Positions 9,615-18,078 of a stretch of 40,515 nt of DNA are shown piece by piece. Below the pieces are notes generated by a model that was not told the origin of the DNA, searched no databases, and saw only the letters and a program-made list of their open reading frames with translations. The DNA is from an uncultured Thermofilaceae archaeon (GTDB taxonomy: Archaea; Thermoproteota; Thermoprotei; Thermofilales; JAPDKD01). The position numbers were made by a program, and so were the translations under genes. How positions within the stretch are numbered: the first letter of the stretch is position 1; each line of letters opens with the position of its first letter. Location: assembly GCA_964587325.1 (NCBI GenBank), contig CAZPLI010000001.1, positions 1 through 40,515 on the forward strand, read 5' to 3'.

Positions 9615-10967
9615 ATGATAATAAGTAGAGCCGAGCTAGACCTTGAGCTAGGATTAAAGTATTACTCGAGCAGCAGTGAGGGGATAGGCGGGCGCATAAG
9701 GAGCGTGCCCGAGGACTTCGTAGTCATCGAAGTCAATGAGCTAGGTGAGCTGGCGTTTCCCTATGCAAGCCCTCCGAGAGAAGGAAGTGGAAATTTTACA
9801 TGGTTTATACTTGAGAAACGCAAGGTGGACTCGATTACTGCACTTAAGCTTGTAGCTAAAGCTCTAGGTGTTAGTCATAAAAAATTCTCTGTAGCAGGGC
9901 TTAAGGACGCTAGGGCCTTAACGTACCAGTTTGCCTGCGCAGAAGGAGTCCCTCCGGAAGACATAGTAAGAGTAGAGACACCATATGTGAGAGTAATTGC
10001 TGCCTTTCGAATGCCGTTCAAACTAACCCCAGGAATGCTATTCGGAAATGTATTCGTAATCGTAGTGCGCGACGTTAGTCTCTCTCCCAGCTTGGTCGAA
10101 ACGCGCATACTCAAGATACTTAAAGAAATCAAGGCTAATGGTGGTGTACCGAATTATTATGGTTATCAAAGATTCGGAACTATAAGGCCGAACACTCATA
10201 AAATTGGTCGCCTAATAGTTAAGGGCATGTATAAAGAAGCATTCGAAGAGGCGGTGCTCAGAGTATATCCTCGAGAGAGTCCATGGTCTAAGGAGGCAAG
10301 AGAATACCTCGCAGCAACGGGAGATCTGAGGGGGGCTCTCAAAAAGTTCCCTCCAAACCTACACCATGAGCGAACGATGATTAAGTACCTAGCCAGGCAT
10401 CCCGGGGATTACGTGGGCGCGTTCCGCGCGCTACCCCTCTCTATTCGGCGCCTCTTTATTGGTGCCTACCAAGCATACCTGTTCAATAGGGTACTAAGCC
10501 GACGCATAGAGCATGGATTACGAATAGACAGGGCCTACGTTGGCGATATCGTTGCGATATACCATAAGAGTGGCTTCAAAGTTAGACTAAGAGGAATACT
10601 ACGTGTGACAGACACTAATGTAAGTAAGATTAACGAGCTTATCAAACGCGGCCAAGCTCACTTGGTAATAAACGTATTTGGTTACCGAACAAAGCTTGCA
10701 GGCGGAATACAAGGAGAAATAGAAAGAGAGATTCTTCGAGAAGAGGGCATATCTCTAGCTGACTTTATGATTAAAAGTATACCTGAAGCTTCCTCTAAGG
10801 GCGATGTCAGACGGAGTTGTCTCAATCCGCTTAAGTTATCATTTAGAGTTTTGAAAAGCAGTGAGACGCTTGTTGAGTTCTCCTTCTTATTGACTAAAGG
10901 ATCGTATGCAACGGTATTACTACGAGAATTTATTAAGCCTAAGGATATAATAGCCGCAGGGTTTTAG
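9615..10967 (+). CDS. truD: tRNA pseudouridine(13) synthase TruD/Pus7
   Basis: PEDFVVIE, AGLKDARALT, PNYYGYQRFG and GSYATVLLRE motifs. Confidence 0.95.
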   Translation: MIISRAELDLELGLKYYSSSSEGIGGRIRSVPEDFVVIEVNELGELAFPYASPPREGSGNFTWFILEKRKVDSITALKLVAKALGVSHKKFSVAGLKDARALTYQFACAEGVPPEDIVRVETPYVRVIAAFRMPFKLTPGMLFGNVFVIVVRDVSLSPSLVETRILKILKEIKANGGVPNYYGYQRFGTIRPNTHKIGRLIVKGMYKEAFEEAVLRVYPRESPWSKEAREYLAATGDLRGALKKFPPNLHHERTMIKYLARHPGDYVGAFRALPLSIRRLFIGAYQAYLFNRVLSRRIEHGLRIDRAYVGDIVAIYHKSGFKVRLRGILRVTDTNVSKINELIKRGQAHLVINVFGYRTKLAGGIQGEIEREILREEGISLADFMIKSIPEASSKGDVRRSCLNPLKLSFRVLKSSETLVEFSFLLTKGSYATVLLREFIKPKDIIAAGF

Positions 10968-11038
10968 GACACGTACCCTGTTAAGATTGTAACAGTCATT
11001 GTATCATTGGACTAACGCGAAGGGAGGGCCTCACCGTA

Positions 11039-11899
11039 ATGGCGGACCCACCCGCGCGAGTCTGGGTTAAATTCAAGGCGGGTAGCGAAGAAGCTCTAAG
11101 CACTGCCAGGAGAGTAATTCGAGCACTAGAGACCCGGGGAGTAAAGGCGTACGCAGACCCCTTGCTGGCAACATTGCTGGAGATGAGAGATAAGGCTCTG
11201 AGAGAAGACGAGCTGTCGGACATCGATATGGTCATAGTAGTGGGTGGAGACGGGACTTTATTAAGGCTCTTTCACTCTGTAGGTGAAGATCTACCCCCTA
11301 TCTTAGGGGTCAACAGCGATCGAATAGGATTTCTATTCGACTACGACTGGCGCTTCGTAGAGGAACTGATTGACAAGATAGTAAGTGGAAATTACATTGT
11401 GGAACATAGAAGTGTAGGGGAAGCAACACTGGAGGAAGGTCCGTCATATAGATTCATTAATGAAGTTGTGATAGGTAGCTATAAGACATTTAAAATGATC
11501 AGCTTAGAAGTGTGTATAGATAATGAGCGGTTATACTCTGGACGTATGGACGGTGTCATAATATCAACCACGACAGGCTCTACTGCTTACGCCCTCTCAG
11601 CAGGAGGGCCTTTAGTCGATCCCCACTTAGACGTGATAGTAGTCGTACCCATTGTCCCATTCTCTCCTCTACTCAAACCAGTAATCTTAGCCCCTCAACG
11701 GAGAGTCCTAGTCCGCCTGTTTAAGGACGGAATCCTCGCGTTTGACGGGATAGAAACCGTTCAGGCTCCCGCAGAGTCAGAGATTAAAGTTAAACTACGA
11801 CCTGGCGGGCTGAGACTCGTTAGAGTACCCGGAGGACATACACTAGAGAGGAAGGTCAAGAGTAGGCTTTTAGACCTACCTCCCTGGAGCCTCGAGTAG
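11039..11899 (+). CDS. nadK: NAD(+) kinase
   Basis: GGDGT, NE and DGVIISTTTGSTAYALSAGGP motifs. Confidence 0.93.
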   Translation: MADPPARVWVKFKAGSEEALSTARRVIRALETRGVKAYADPLLATLLEMRDKALREDELSDIDMVIVVGGDGTLLRLFHSVGEDLPPILGVNSDRIGFLFDYDWRFVEELIDKIVSGNYIVEHRSVGEATLEEGPSYRFINEVVIGSYKTFKMISLEVCIDNERLYSGRMDGVIISTTTGSTAYALSAGGPLVDPHLDVIVVVPIVPFSPLLKPVILAPQRRVLVRLFKDGILAFDGIETVQAPAESEIKVKLRPGGLRLVRVPGGHTLERKVKSRLLDLPPWSLE

Positions 11900-11914
11900 A
11901 TTCTCGCATAGAAG

Positions 11915-11989
11915 TAGTGTACCGGGTGTGGGTATTCCGCCTATCATCGCGGCCTCGGGCCTCTCCGGCGGAGACCATTCACCCGGCCC
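11915..11989 (-). ncRNA. Box H/ACA pseudouridylation guide sRNA candidate (single hairpin)
   Basis: Minus strand reads GCCGGGUG-AAUGGUC-UCCGCC-GGAGAGGCC-CGA-GGCCGCGAUGAUA-GGCGGA-AUACCCA-CACCCGGU-ACA. This gives an 8-bp basal stem followed directly by ACA, a 7x7 internal pocket, a 6-bp upper stem and a K-turn-like GA/GAUGA element. Confidence 0.8.
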
Positions 11990-12043
11990 ATTTAATATGA
12001 GGGTTTACGCCTTTATTTCTTCCTTATCTAACTCTTAACGGGC

Positions 12044-12670
12044 CTACTTGGCCTGAGCCACTTGCTGGGGAATCTTGAGAGGAATCTCGAACGTCGGAGT
12101 TAGCACCTTAATTTTCCTTATTTCAGCCTTGTATAAGGGGTAGATCTTCTTCGCTCTCACCATGATCTCGCCAGCTATCTGGCCTAGCACAGCCTCCTGG
12201 ACGAACGAGTCAAAGTCTAGCTTGGACGCTTTCTCCTCAATAATCTCAAACATTATTTTTCGTATGGCTCTTTCCTGCGAAGTTTTTACCCTCCGCATAG
12301 TTACTGCCATCGCCATAACTCTGAGCCTAACACCATCTGTTGTGCTCACGTCAATTATCGCGTCAACCCTCGAGCGCCCACGCCTAACCAGACTCCTAAT
12401 GTAGTCCCGTGTTAGCTCGAAGCCCTTAAACTGTGTGTAGGCAGTATCTCCTTCGACCTTAACTATCTGAAACTTTAGCTTTATAGCCAGCTGGGCGGGG
12501 TCCTTTGTTATGTTATAGAAGCTTACCTCCATAGTTCTTCCGAGGAGACTCTTCTCGTCATTAGCTGGTACTACGCCTAACTCTGCGAAGCCGAAGGCGC
12601 TGGAGGCCAGTACTCGGAACCACTTCTTCTGCGCCCACTTGTCTCTTGCAGCCCTAGCCCTGCTCGACAC
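12044..12670 (-). CDS. rps3ae: Ribosomal protein eS1 (S3Ae); GTG start at 12670 after a GGAGGTG SD
   Basis: RDKWAQKKWF, FKGFELTRDYIRSLVRR and KKIYPLYKAEIRKIKV motifs. Confidence 0.95.
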   Translation of the reverse strand: MSSRARAARDKWAQKKWFRVLASSAFGFAELGVVPANDEKSLLGRTMEVSFYNITKDPAQLAIKLKFQIVKVEGDTAYTQFKGFELTRDYIRSLVRRGRSRVDAIIDVSTTDGVRLRVMAMAVTMRRVKTSQERAIRKIMFEIIEEKASKLDFDSFVQEAVLGQIAGEIMVRAKKIYPLYKAEIRKIKVLTPTFEIPLKIPQQVAQAK

Positions 12671-12726
12671 GAGTAACACCTCCCGTGCTATATCCTAGCA
12701 CCCTTTAAGCTTTTGCTCGAGACTCT

Positions 12727-13098
12727 CTAATGCGGGACCTTGAGCCCCAAGTATACTCTTACGCCTTCTCTGAGCCATGCCGGAAGGTCGCCGCTCAGCT
12801 TAGCGAGTATACCCCCGAATGATATCAGTACCTCCTTGTCTCGGACCTTGTAAACTTCGCCGGAATAGGCGATTTCGGACTCTAAAACCTCCCGGCTCTT
12901 TTCTTGAGAGAGTACTATGTCTACCCGTGCCCCCTCCTTTAGGTCGAGATCGGCCTCTTCTATTAGCTTCTCAGGAACTTCGATCTCTAGCTCGATCTCC
13001 TTATCGGTCTTAATTACGAGAACTCTGACACGATAGGGGTACCGACTCTCTAGGCGCTCTATAGTCCCGCTTAGTCTAACCTGCTGCAACTTTACCAC
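12727..13098 (-). CDS. rpo8: RNA polymerase subunit Rpo8 (RpoG, Rpb8 homolog)
   Basis: OB-fold size; Y-S-G-E-V-Y-K...LISFGGIL matches the Rpb8/Rpo8 signature. Confidence 0.75.
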   Translation of the reverse strand: MVKLQQVRLSGTIERLESRYPYRVRVLVIKTDKEIELEIEVPEKLIEEADLDLKEGARVDIVLSQEKSREVLESEIAYSGEVYKVRDKEVLISFGGILAKLSGDLPAWLREGVRVYLGLKVPH

Positions 13099-13209
13099 CA
13101 GCAGGGCATGAGTGGCGCAAAGAGGGTATTAAGTATCATGCCCACGCCCGCGACACTTATTAGATACAAGGGAGGATTGCTTCGTGAACAGCTAAGGAGG
13201 TGGTAGGTT

Positions 13210-13605
13210 TTGTCCACTAAGCCCGTTGAGGCTGGCAGCCTAAAGGTGGGCGCCTTCGTGGTAATAGACAACGAGCCATGCAAAATAGTGCAGCTCGACA
13301 AGTCTAAGCCCGGTAAGCACGGCTCTGCTAAGGTAAGAATAGTCGGCATCGGGATCTTTGATGGAGTAAAGCGATCCCTCGTTGCACCAGCCGATGCCAG
13401 AGTGGAAGTCCCCGTAGTCAGAAAGTTCACCGCCCAGGTCATAGCTGTAATGCCTACCAGCGTACAACTAATGAGCCTAGAAGACTACTCAACATTTGAG
13501 GTCAGCCCTCCCGAAGAGGAGGAACTTAAAAACAAGCTCGAACCGGGAGTCGAAGTGGAAGTATGGGAAATAATGGGTAGGAAAAAGATCATGAGAATTA
13601 GATGA
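13210..13605 (+). CDS. eif5a: Translation factor aIF5A
   Basis: Hypusine motif SKPGKHGSAK. Confidence 0.97.
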   Translation: MSTKPVEAGSLKVGAFVVIDNEPCKIVQLDKSKPGKHGSAKVRIVGIGIFDGVKRSLVAPADARVEVPVVRKFTAQVIAVMPTSVQLMSLEDYSTFEVSPPEEEELKNKLEPGVEVEVWEIMGRKKIMRIR

Positions 13606-14212
13606 CCTGGCGTCTTTTACGTGGAGGCACAACGAACAAGTAATGCCTCTGGGGCTCGCGAAGCTCCTCAATAACCCTTTCAGTTATTAACTTTACAGGA
13701 TCTATCCTGACTCTATCCCGAATATCTTGAAACGAGGAAAAAGGTTTCTTCTTTCTCTCATTAAGTATTCTCCAAAGTGTCTTTTTTCCTATACCCCTTA
13801 AGAGCTCTAAACTATGCATCTTAGTCGTTAAAGGTTCGGCTTTATTAAAGAATTCTACAAAATCTTTCTCACGCTTCATAACTATTTTCTCTATTATACC
13901 TGGAAGCTCGGCCTTTGCGGTGGCCGTTAGATCTTCGTACGAAATCCTGCCCACTACACGTATTACTTGCTTGTCAAGCCCTCCCGTGAGCGAAATGGCA
14001 TCACCTATTCGTAGCTGAATCCCAGCAAGCGGAGCCAGCTCAAGTAGCATGAAGTACCTTTCGCCGATAGCCTGCGCTACAGGTCCGCGTAAGAAAGGTC
14101 GTTTCCGTCGATAACCCGGACCGTAACCATAGGGTAGGAAATCGAGAATATACGCTATGTCCTCTCTATAACGTAGCTCTGGCTTTCTATTCTCTCTTCT
14201 GTCTCGATACAA
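13598..14212 (-). CDS. DUF655 family putative nucleic-acid-binding protein
   Basis: AYILDFLPYG, AQAIGERYFMLLEL and MHSLELLRGIGKK (HhH); typical rpl21e-rpo4-DUF655 synteny. Confidence 0.88.
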   Translation of the reverse strand: MYRDRRENRKPELRYREDIAYILDFLPYGYGPGYRRKRPFLRGPVAQAIGERYFMLLELAPLAGIQLRIGDAISLTGGLDKQVIRVVGRISYEDLTATAKAELPGIIEKIVMKREKDFVEFFNKAEPLTTKMHSLELLRGIGKKTLWRILNERKKKPFSSFQDIRDRVRIDPVKLITERVIEELREPQRHYLFVVPPRKRRQVI

Positions 14213-14230
14213 GAAGGTAGCACCCCGTCT

Positions 14231-14566
14231 TTATTCTTCCTTTCTATATTTTTCTATGATTTCTAACATGCGCTTTATTTTATCAGATGTAAAAGCCTTC
14301 ATTAGAGGAGCAAGAATAATTCTTAGTTCATCCTCACATCTCGGCATAATATTTACTATCTGTACCGCCGTATGCTCTGGCACGCCGAGCTCTACTAGCT
14401 CGGCAACCGCCTGCTTGGCACTCTCGGGATCTAAACGAGAGAATTTCTTCGCATAGTCTAGAGTATACGCCTCGATTGAAGACAAATCTCGTTTTCTTTG
14501 AACTTCCTCGAGTATTTCGACTACCTCCGCTAATGTTAGAAACCTCTCGCTCACCACTTTAGGCAT
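14231..14566 (-). CDS. rpo4: RNA polymerase subunit Rpo4 (RpoF); probable ATG at 14566
   Basis: LTLAEV...TLDYAKKFSRL...QIVNIMP.CEDELRIIL. Confidence 0.92.
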   Translation of the reverse strand: MPKVVSERFLTLAEVVEILEEVQRKRDLSSIEAYTLDYAKKFSRLDPESAKQAVAELVELGVPEHTAVQIVNIMPRCEDELRIILAPLMKAFTSDKIKRMLEIIEKYRKEE

Positions 14567-14656
14567 ATTTGAGCACCGTAACACTTCTCTGACTACTAGG
14601 ATACACGTGCTACAGCGATATACTTTTCTCTTTCCTTTTTAGTTGTAAGGCTGACC

Positions 14657-14959
14657 CTATCCTGCGGGCTTGATGTGCTCCTTAGTTGTAATGATTATTT
14701 TCTTTTTACCTCCAATAGGTACCTCTATTACGTAAGCACGTCCACGCTTGCCTATAACAGTTCCAACTTTGCCCTGATACCGCCTATGAGGTGCTGTAGA
14801 TATCGCAGGTCCAGGTCTAATGTCTATCTGTACTTTTTGCCCAATCTCGTACTCGTATAGAAGATAACCTATGCCTCCTCTTCCGCGCTCACGAGGCTTC
14901 TTGCGTAGTAACTTCCTACACCTGTTGCGGTAGCCCTTTGAGTGCCTCATAGCAGCCAC
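14657..14959 (-). CDS. rpl21e: Ribosomal protein eL21
   Basis: SKGYRNRCRKLLRK.PRERG and PHRRYQGKVG motifs. Confidence 0.96.
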   Translation of the reverse strand: MAAMRHSKGYRNRCRKLLRKKPRERGRGGIGYLLYEYEIGQKVQIDIRPGPAISTAPHRRYQGKVGTVIGKRGRAYVIEVPIGGKKKIIITTKEHIKPAG

Positions 14960-15069
14960 CTGCTGAAGCTAGCCCAGTAGGTCCTCCCACACGCTTATAA
15001 ATACCTACTCCCGTTAGAGATGCGCATCACTAAGCTAAGTTTTTAAGTATAGATGGGAAGAGGCTGGGG

Positions 15070-15660
15070 GTGACTGCAGTGCGCGTAGTCTACTACCGCG
15101 AGGAGGTCGAGATACCCTCAGACGTTGAAGTCGAGGTTAAGGATAAAAAGGTTAAGGTAAAAGGAAAACTAGGCGAGATAGAGAAAGATTTTTCACACTT
15201 AAAGAAGGTATTACTATACAAAGAAGACTCCAAAGTAGTCATTGAAACGTACTTTGCAGACAAGAAAACGTATGCCGTAATACGTACAGTTGCATCGAAG
15301 ATCAGGAACATGATAGTAGGAGTGCAGAAGGGCTTCAGGTATAAAATGAGAGTAGTCTACGCGCACTTCCCACCAGAAATACAAATCGACAGTTCTAAGG
15401 GAGTTGTGATAATAAAGAACTTTCTTGGCAGAAAGAAGCCAATAGTAGCCAAAATAATGCCAGGAGCCAAAGTGAGATTAGAGGGCAAGAAGGACATTAT
15501 AGTAGAAGGAGTTGACTTAGAGGCCGTGGGACAGACTGCGGCTAATATCCACTTGGCGGTTAGGCTACGAGGAGACGAGAGGCTCTGTCCTCATGGACGA
15601 GAAGGAGGTCCTGGAGTGCTCGATGGCATCTATGTCTACGCGAAGGAGCATATGACGTAG
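15070..15660 (+). CDS. rpl6: Ribosomal protein uL6
   Basis: VKGKLGEIEKDF, GFRYKMRVVYAHFP, NFLG and VGQTAANI...DGIYVY motifs. Confidence 0.95.
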   Translation: MTAVRVVYYREEVEIPSDVEVEVKDKKVKVKGKLGEIEKDFSHLKKVLLYKEDSKVVIETYFADKKTYAVIRTVASKIRNMIVGVQKGFRYKMRVVYAHFPPEIQIDSSKGVVIIKNFLGRKKPIVAKIMPGAKVRLEGKKDIIVEGVDLEAVGQTAANIHLAVRLRGDERLCPHGREGGPGVLDGIYVYAKEHMT

Positions 15661-15670
15661 CTACCGTACG

Positions 15671-15826
15671 CTACTTCTTGTACCGCTTAAGCCTTAAGTT
15701 CTTGCTCTTGCATCTACGGCACTTCTCAGCGCTTATTGGGTTTCTCGCGCCGCATTTTCTGCATATTTTTACCTTGAATGTGTGGTCTAGTGCGAGCTGT
15801 AGCTCGAAGGGATCCCTTATCGGCAT
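15671..15826 (-). CDS. rpl40e: Ribosomal protein eL40 (51 aa; probable start MPIRDP at 15826)
   Basis: KICRKCGARNP..AEKCRRCKSKNLRLK. Confidence 0.95.
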   Translation of the reverse strand: MPIRDPFELQLALDHTFKVKICRKCGARNPISAEKCRRCKSKNLRLKRYKK

Positions 15827-15915
15827 ACCGGGTCCCCCGCACTCACATAAGGGGCCTTTAATAAAGGTCGCGGGGGAACGTTGCTCAGAGAGTGTAGTGC
15901 CAGGAGGGATATGCA

Positions 15916-16848
15916 ATGGTAGCGTTTAAGCGATTTGGCTGGAGGCATGTTGAGTTATCTGTCCCAGAAGACTGGTTCCTAGGCACGGAAGGTGGCACGC
16001 GAGGGAGTGGCTTCTTTAGGCTTGAGGACAGATACAGACCTAGATTAGAGATTACCTGGCAGTCTATTAAATTCGAAAAGGCTCCTAGTACGAAGAAGGC
16101 ATTTGATGGATTTATCAAAAACATTGAAAAGAGGCTCTCCAAGGCCGAGGCTGCTGAACTTAAGGTAGTATCTAGGGAGGAAGTAAGCATATGCGGACAT
16201 GACGGCTTCTTAGGACGATTGCGTAGCGGTTTGTGGATCGCCTCAGCAATGACGTGGTACTGCGAGTTCTCAGAGAAAATGTTCGGCGCGTTACTAACGT
16301 TTTCGCCATCTGATCCAGAACGTGAACTGGTGGAGCGGAGAATAGTAGAGAGTCTTAGATGCCACTTCCCTGCCGACGCAGACGTTTTGTGGTCCCTTTA
16401 CGGCGTCGAGGTCGAACTACCGGCCAGCTTCTACTTAGTGAAGGCCCACCTCACGACAGGTCTCTCTCATGCAGTGTTTAAACACAGCTCGAAGAACCTG
16501 CACATTGCGATTGCTTATAGCGCGATGGCCCACCGGCTTCTAAAGGCTAAGGGAGGCCTTAGCGAAATAGTAAATAAAGATTTTAGGAAGCAAGTGGTGA
16601 GCAGTGTGCGTAAGTTTGGACGAATAAACGTCAAGAAAGGAGAAGGTGGTGTTTACCTTTTAACAGCCTCAACCTTTGACTTGCTATTTGGTAAGGTGCA
16701 ACTAATGGGCCAAGCTTGGATATCGACTAACGACAGGATGCTTATAGTCTCTGTCATCGCACCACGTAAGCTTGCAGAGGAAGCAGAGAGACTCTTGCAT
16801 AGTACTTGTGAAAAGCTCCGTCAGAGAGCGGGCCTCGCCATAAGATAA
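15916..16848 (+). CDS. Hypothetical protein with apparent internal duplication
   Basis: 310-aa ORF with a GGAGGG SD; the segments GWRHVELSVPEDWFL and SLYGVEVELPASFYL resemble each other. Confidence 0.7.
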   Translation: MVAFKRFGWRHVELSVPEDWFLGTEGGTRGSGFFRLEDRYRPRLEITWQSIKFEKAPSTKKAFDGFIKNIEKRLSKAEAAELKVVSREEVSICGHDGFLGRLRSGLWIASAMTWYCEFSEKMFGALLTFSPSDPERELVERRIVESLRCHFPADADVLWSLYGVEVELPASFYLVKAHLTTGLSHAVFKHSSKNLHIAIAYSAMAHRLLKAKGGLSEIVNKDFRKQVVSSVRKFGRINVKKGEGGVYLLTASTFDLLFGKVQLMGQAWISTNDRMLIVSVIAPRKLAEEAERLLHSTCEKLRQRAGLAIR

Positions 16849-17309
16849 GCATCCTCGCCGTCTCTGTAATACCCTCTAAGGACTTTCACCTTTCTGAAAC
16901 CCAGCTTTTCGTAAAGAGAAATTGCAGGTTTATTAGATACACGTACCTCAAGATAATATTCATCTACGCCATATACTTCCTTCAAAGCTTTCATGGCCTC
17001 TGTCATGAGACTCGTGCCTATGCCTTTCCTTCTCATATGGGGTACTACGGCTATGGAAATTATGTGTCCCTGTCTCCCGAAAGCCCGCTTTGAGGTATAC
17101 AATGATCCCAATTCTACTCTACACATAATATAGCCGACAATTTCCCCCTTACTTTCTGCGACAAGAAAGGCTTTGGGGAAGCGCTCGTAATGCATTTTGA
17201 AGAAGTAGGGAGGGTAATTCTCGGGAAGATTTTCACGGTTTATTCTTATCACGTCGTCTAGATCTTTTTCAGTGACCTCTCGGATTATGTACTCTGTCCT
17301 GCCAGCCAT
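16821..17309 (-). CDS. ard1: N-alpha-acetyltransferase Ard1/RimI (GNAT)
   Basis: LPENY, GHIISIAV, RRKGIG, LEVRVSN and YYRDGEDAYLM motifs. Confidence 0.93.
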   Translation of the reverse strand: MAGRTEYIIREVTEKDLDDVIRINRENLPENYPPYFFKMHYERFPKAFLVAESKGEIVGYIMCRVELGSLYTSKRAFGRQGHIISIAVVPHMRRKGIGTSLMTEAMKALKEVYGVDEYYLEVRVSNKPAISLYEKLGFRKVKVLRGYYRDGEDAYLMARPAL

Positions 17310-17320
17310 AATAGGTCCCG

Positions 17321-17912
17321 CTACTCGATAAGCAACCCCCTCTCTTTAAGTATCCTATAGATTTTTTCAACAGCCTCTTTGACTTGACTCTCCTTCCTAG
17401 CCCCTGTACACACGATATTGCCACTTGAAAATATCAGAAGAACCACTTTGGGCTCTCTCATTCTGTATATCAGGCCTGGAAACTGTTCGGGCTCGTACAT
17501 GGCTCCTTCAAGCTCGTAAGCAGCTCTCTCCAAGTCCACAGCGGCTCTGAGCTTCGCGCTCGCAACTATATTCTGTATTTCAATTATTGGCTCGCCTTTG
17601 ATCTCTATACCGTGGCTCTTTAACAGCTTGATTATACTCTTTACGGCCCTATAGACATCAGCTTCAGACTTTGCGCCTGTACATACCATTTTTCCGCTTG
17701 AGAATATGAGAGTGGCTGTCTTAGGCTTGTTTAGTCTTAATACTAGGCCTGGAAACTCTCGGATCCCGAGCCTAAGCCGGCTCGGGATGTTCCGGGCTGT
17801 ACTCTGCATTTGGTACGCGCTCAGCTATTTTTTCAAGCTCTAACTCTTGGCCTAGTGTTACAGATGCTACTACGTTCTCTATTTTAAAAACGGGGCGGCG
17901 GATGGCTATCAA
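17321..17912 (-). CDS. tbp: TATA-box-binding protein, spliced: exon 1 17912-17789, exon 2 17757-17321 (186 aa; TTG start tentative)
   Basis: Exon 1 encodes MIAIRRPVFKIENVVASVTLGQELELEKIAERVPNAEYSPE. Exon 2 continues QFPGLVLRLNKPKTATLIFSSGKMVCTGAKS and carries the second repeat (IQNIVAS...YEPEQFPGLIYR). The two frames join only if 31 nt are removed. Confidence 0.93.
17758..17788 (-). other. 31-nt bulge-helix-bulge pre-mRNA intron candidate in tbp
   Basis: CGGA-AC^A-UCCCGAGCC-GGCUUA-GGCUCGGGA-UCCG-AG^A. It has a 4-bp central helix, two 3-nt bulges and a 9-bp intron stem. Cuts after the second bulge base rejoin to GAA CAG UUU (E-Q-F). Confidence 0.9.
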
Positions 17913-17950
17913 CCCCCCTTACACCTTTTATGTTTTTCTCCGAAGCCCCC

Positions 17951-17964
17951 TTTATAAACCTTTT
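17951..17964 (-). promoter_or_regulatory. BRE/TATA promoter of tbp
   Basis: Minus strand AAAAGG-TTTATAAA about 40 nt upstream of the TTG start. Confidence 0.65.
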
Positions 17965-18078
17965 AAGGCGTAATCAGGTACACGATACGTTCAATATAGT
18001 TTTCCCTCCTTTCTCGCCTCTTGCTTTATGAGAAGGCTCTTCCCTCATACTATTTAATTATCCTTTGAGGCATGATCC

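Noticed and set aside
15565-15620. In-frame BHB intron explaining the uL6 insertion
   Set aside because: Only a 4-bp hairpin (GTCC-TCAT-GGAC) is present. I found no bulge-helix-bulge arrangement and no excision that restores the consensus.
17321-17912. tbp as a frameshifted pseudogene or sequencing error
   Set aside because: Both exons are intact, the promoter is present, and the insertion has BHB geometry whose canonical cut sites restore the conserved motif exactly. Random decay or error is unlikely to produce this.
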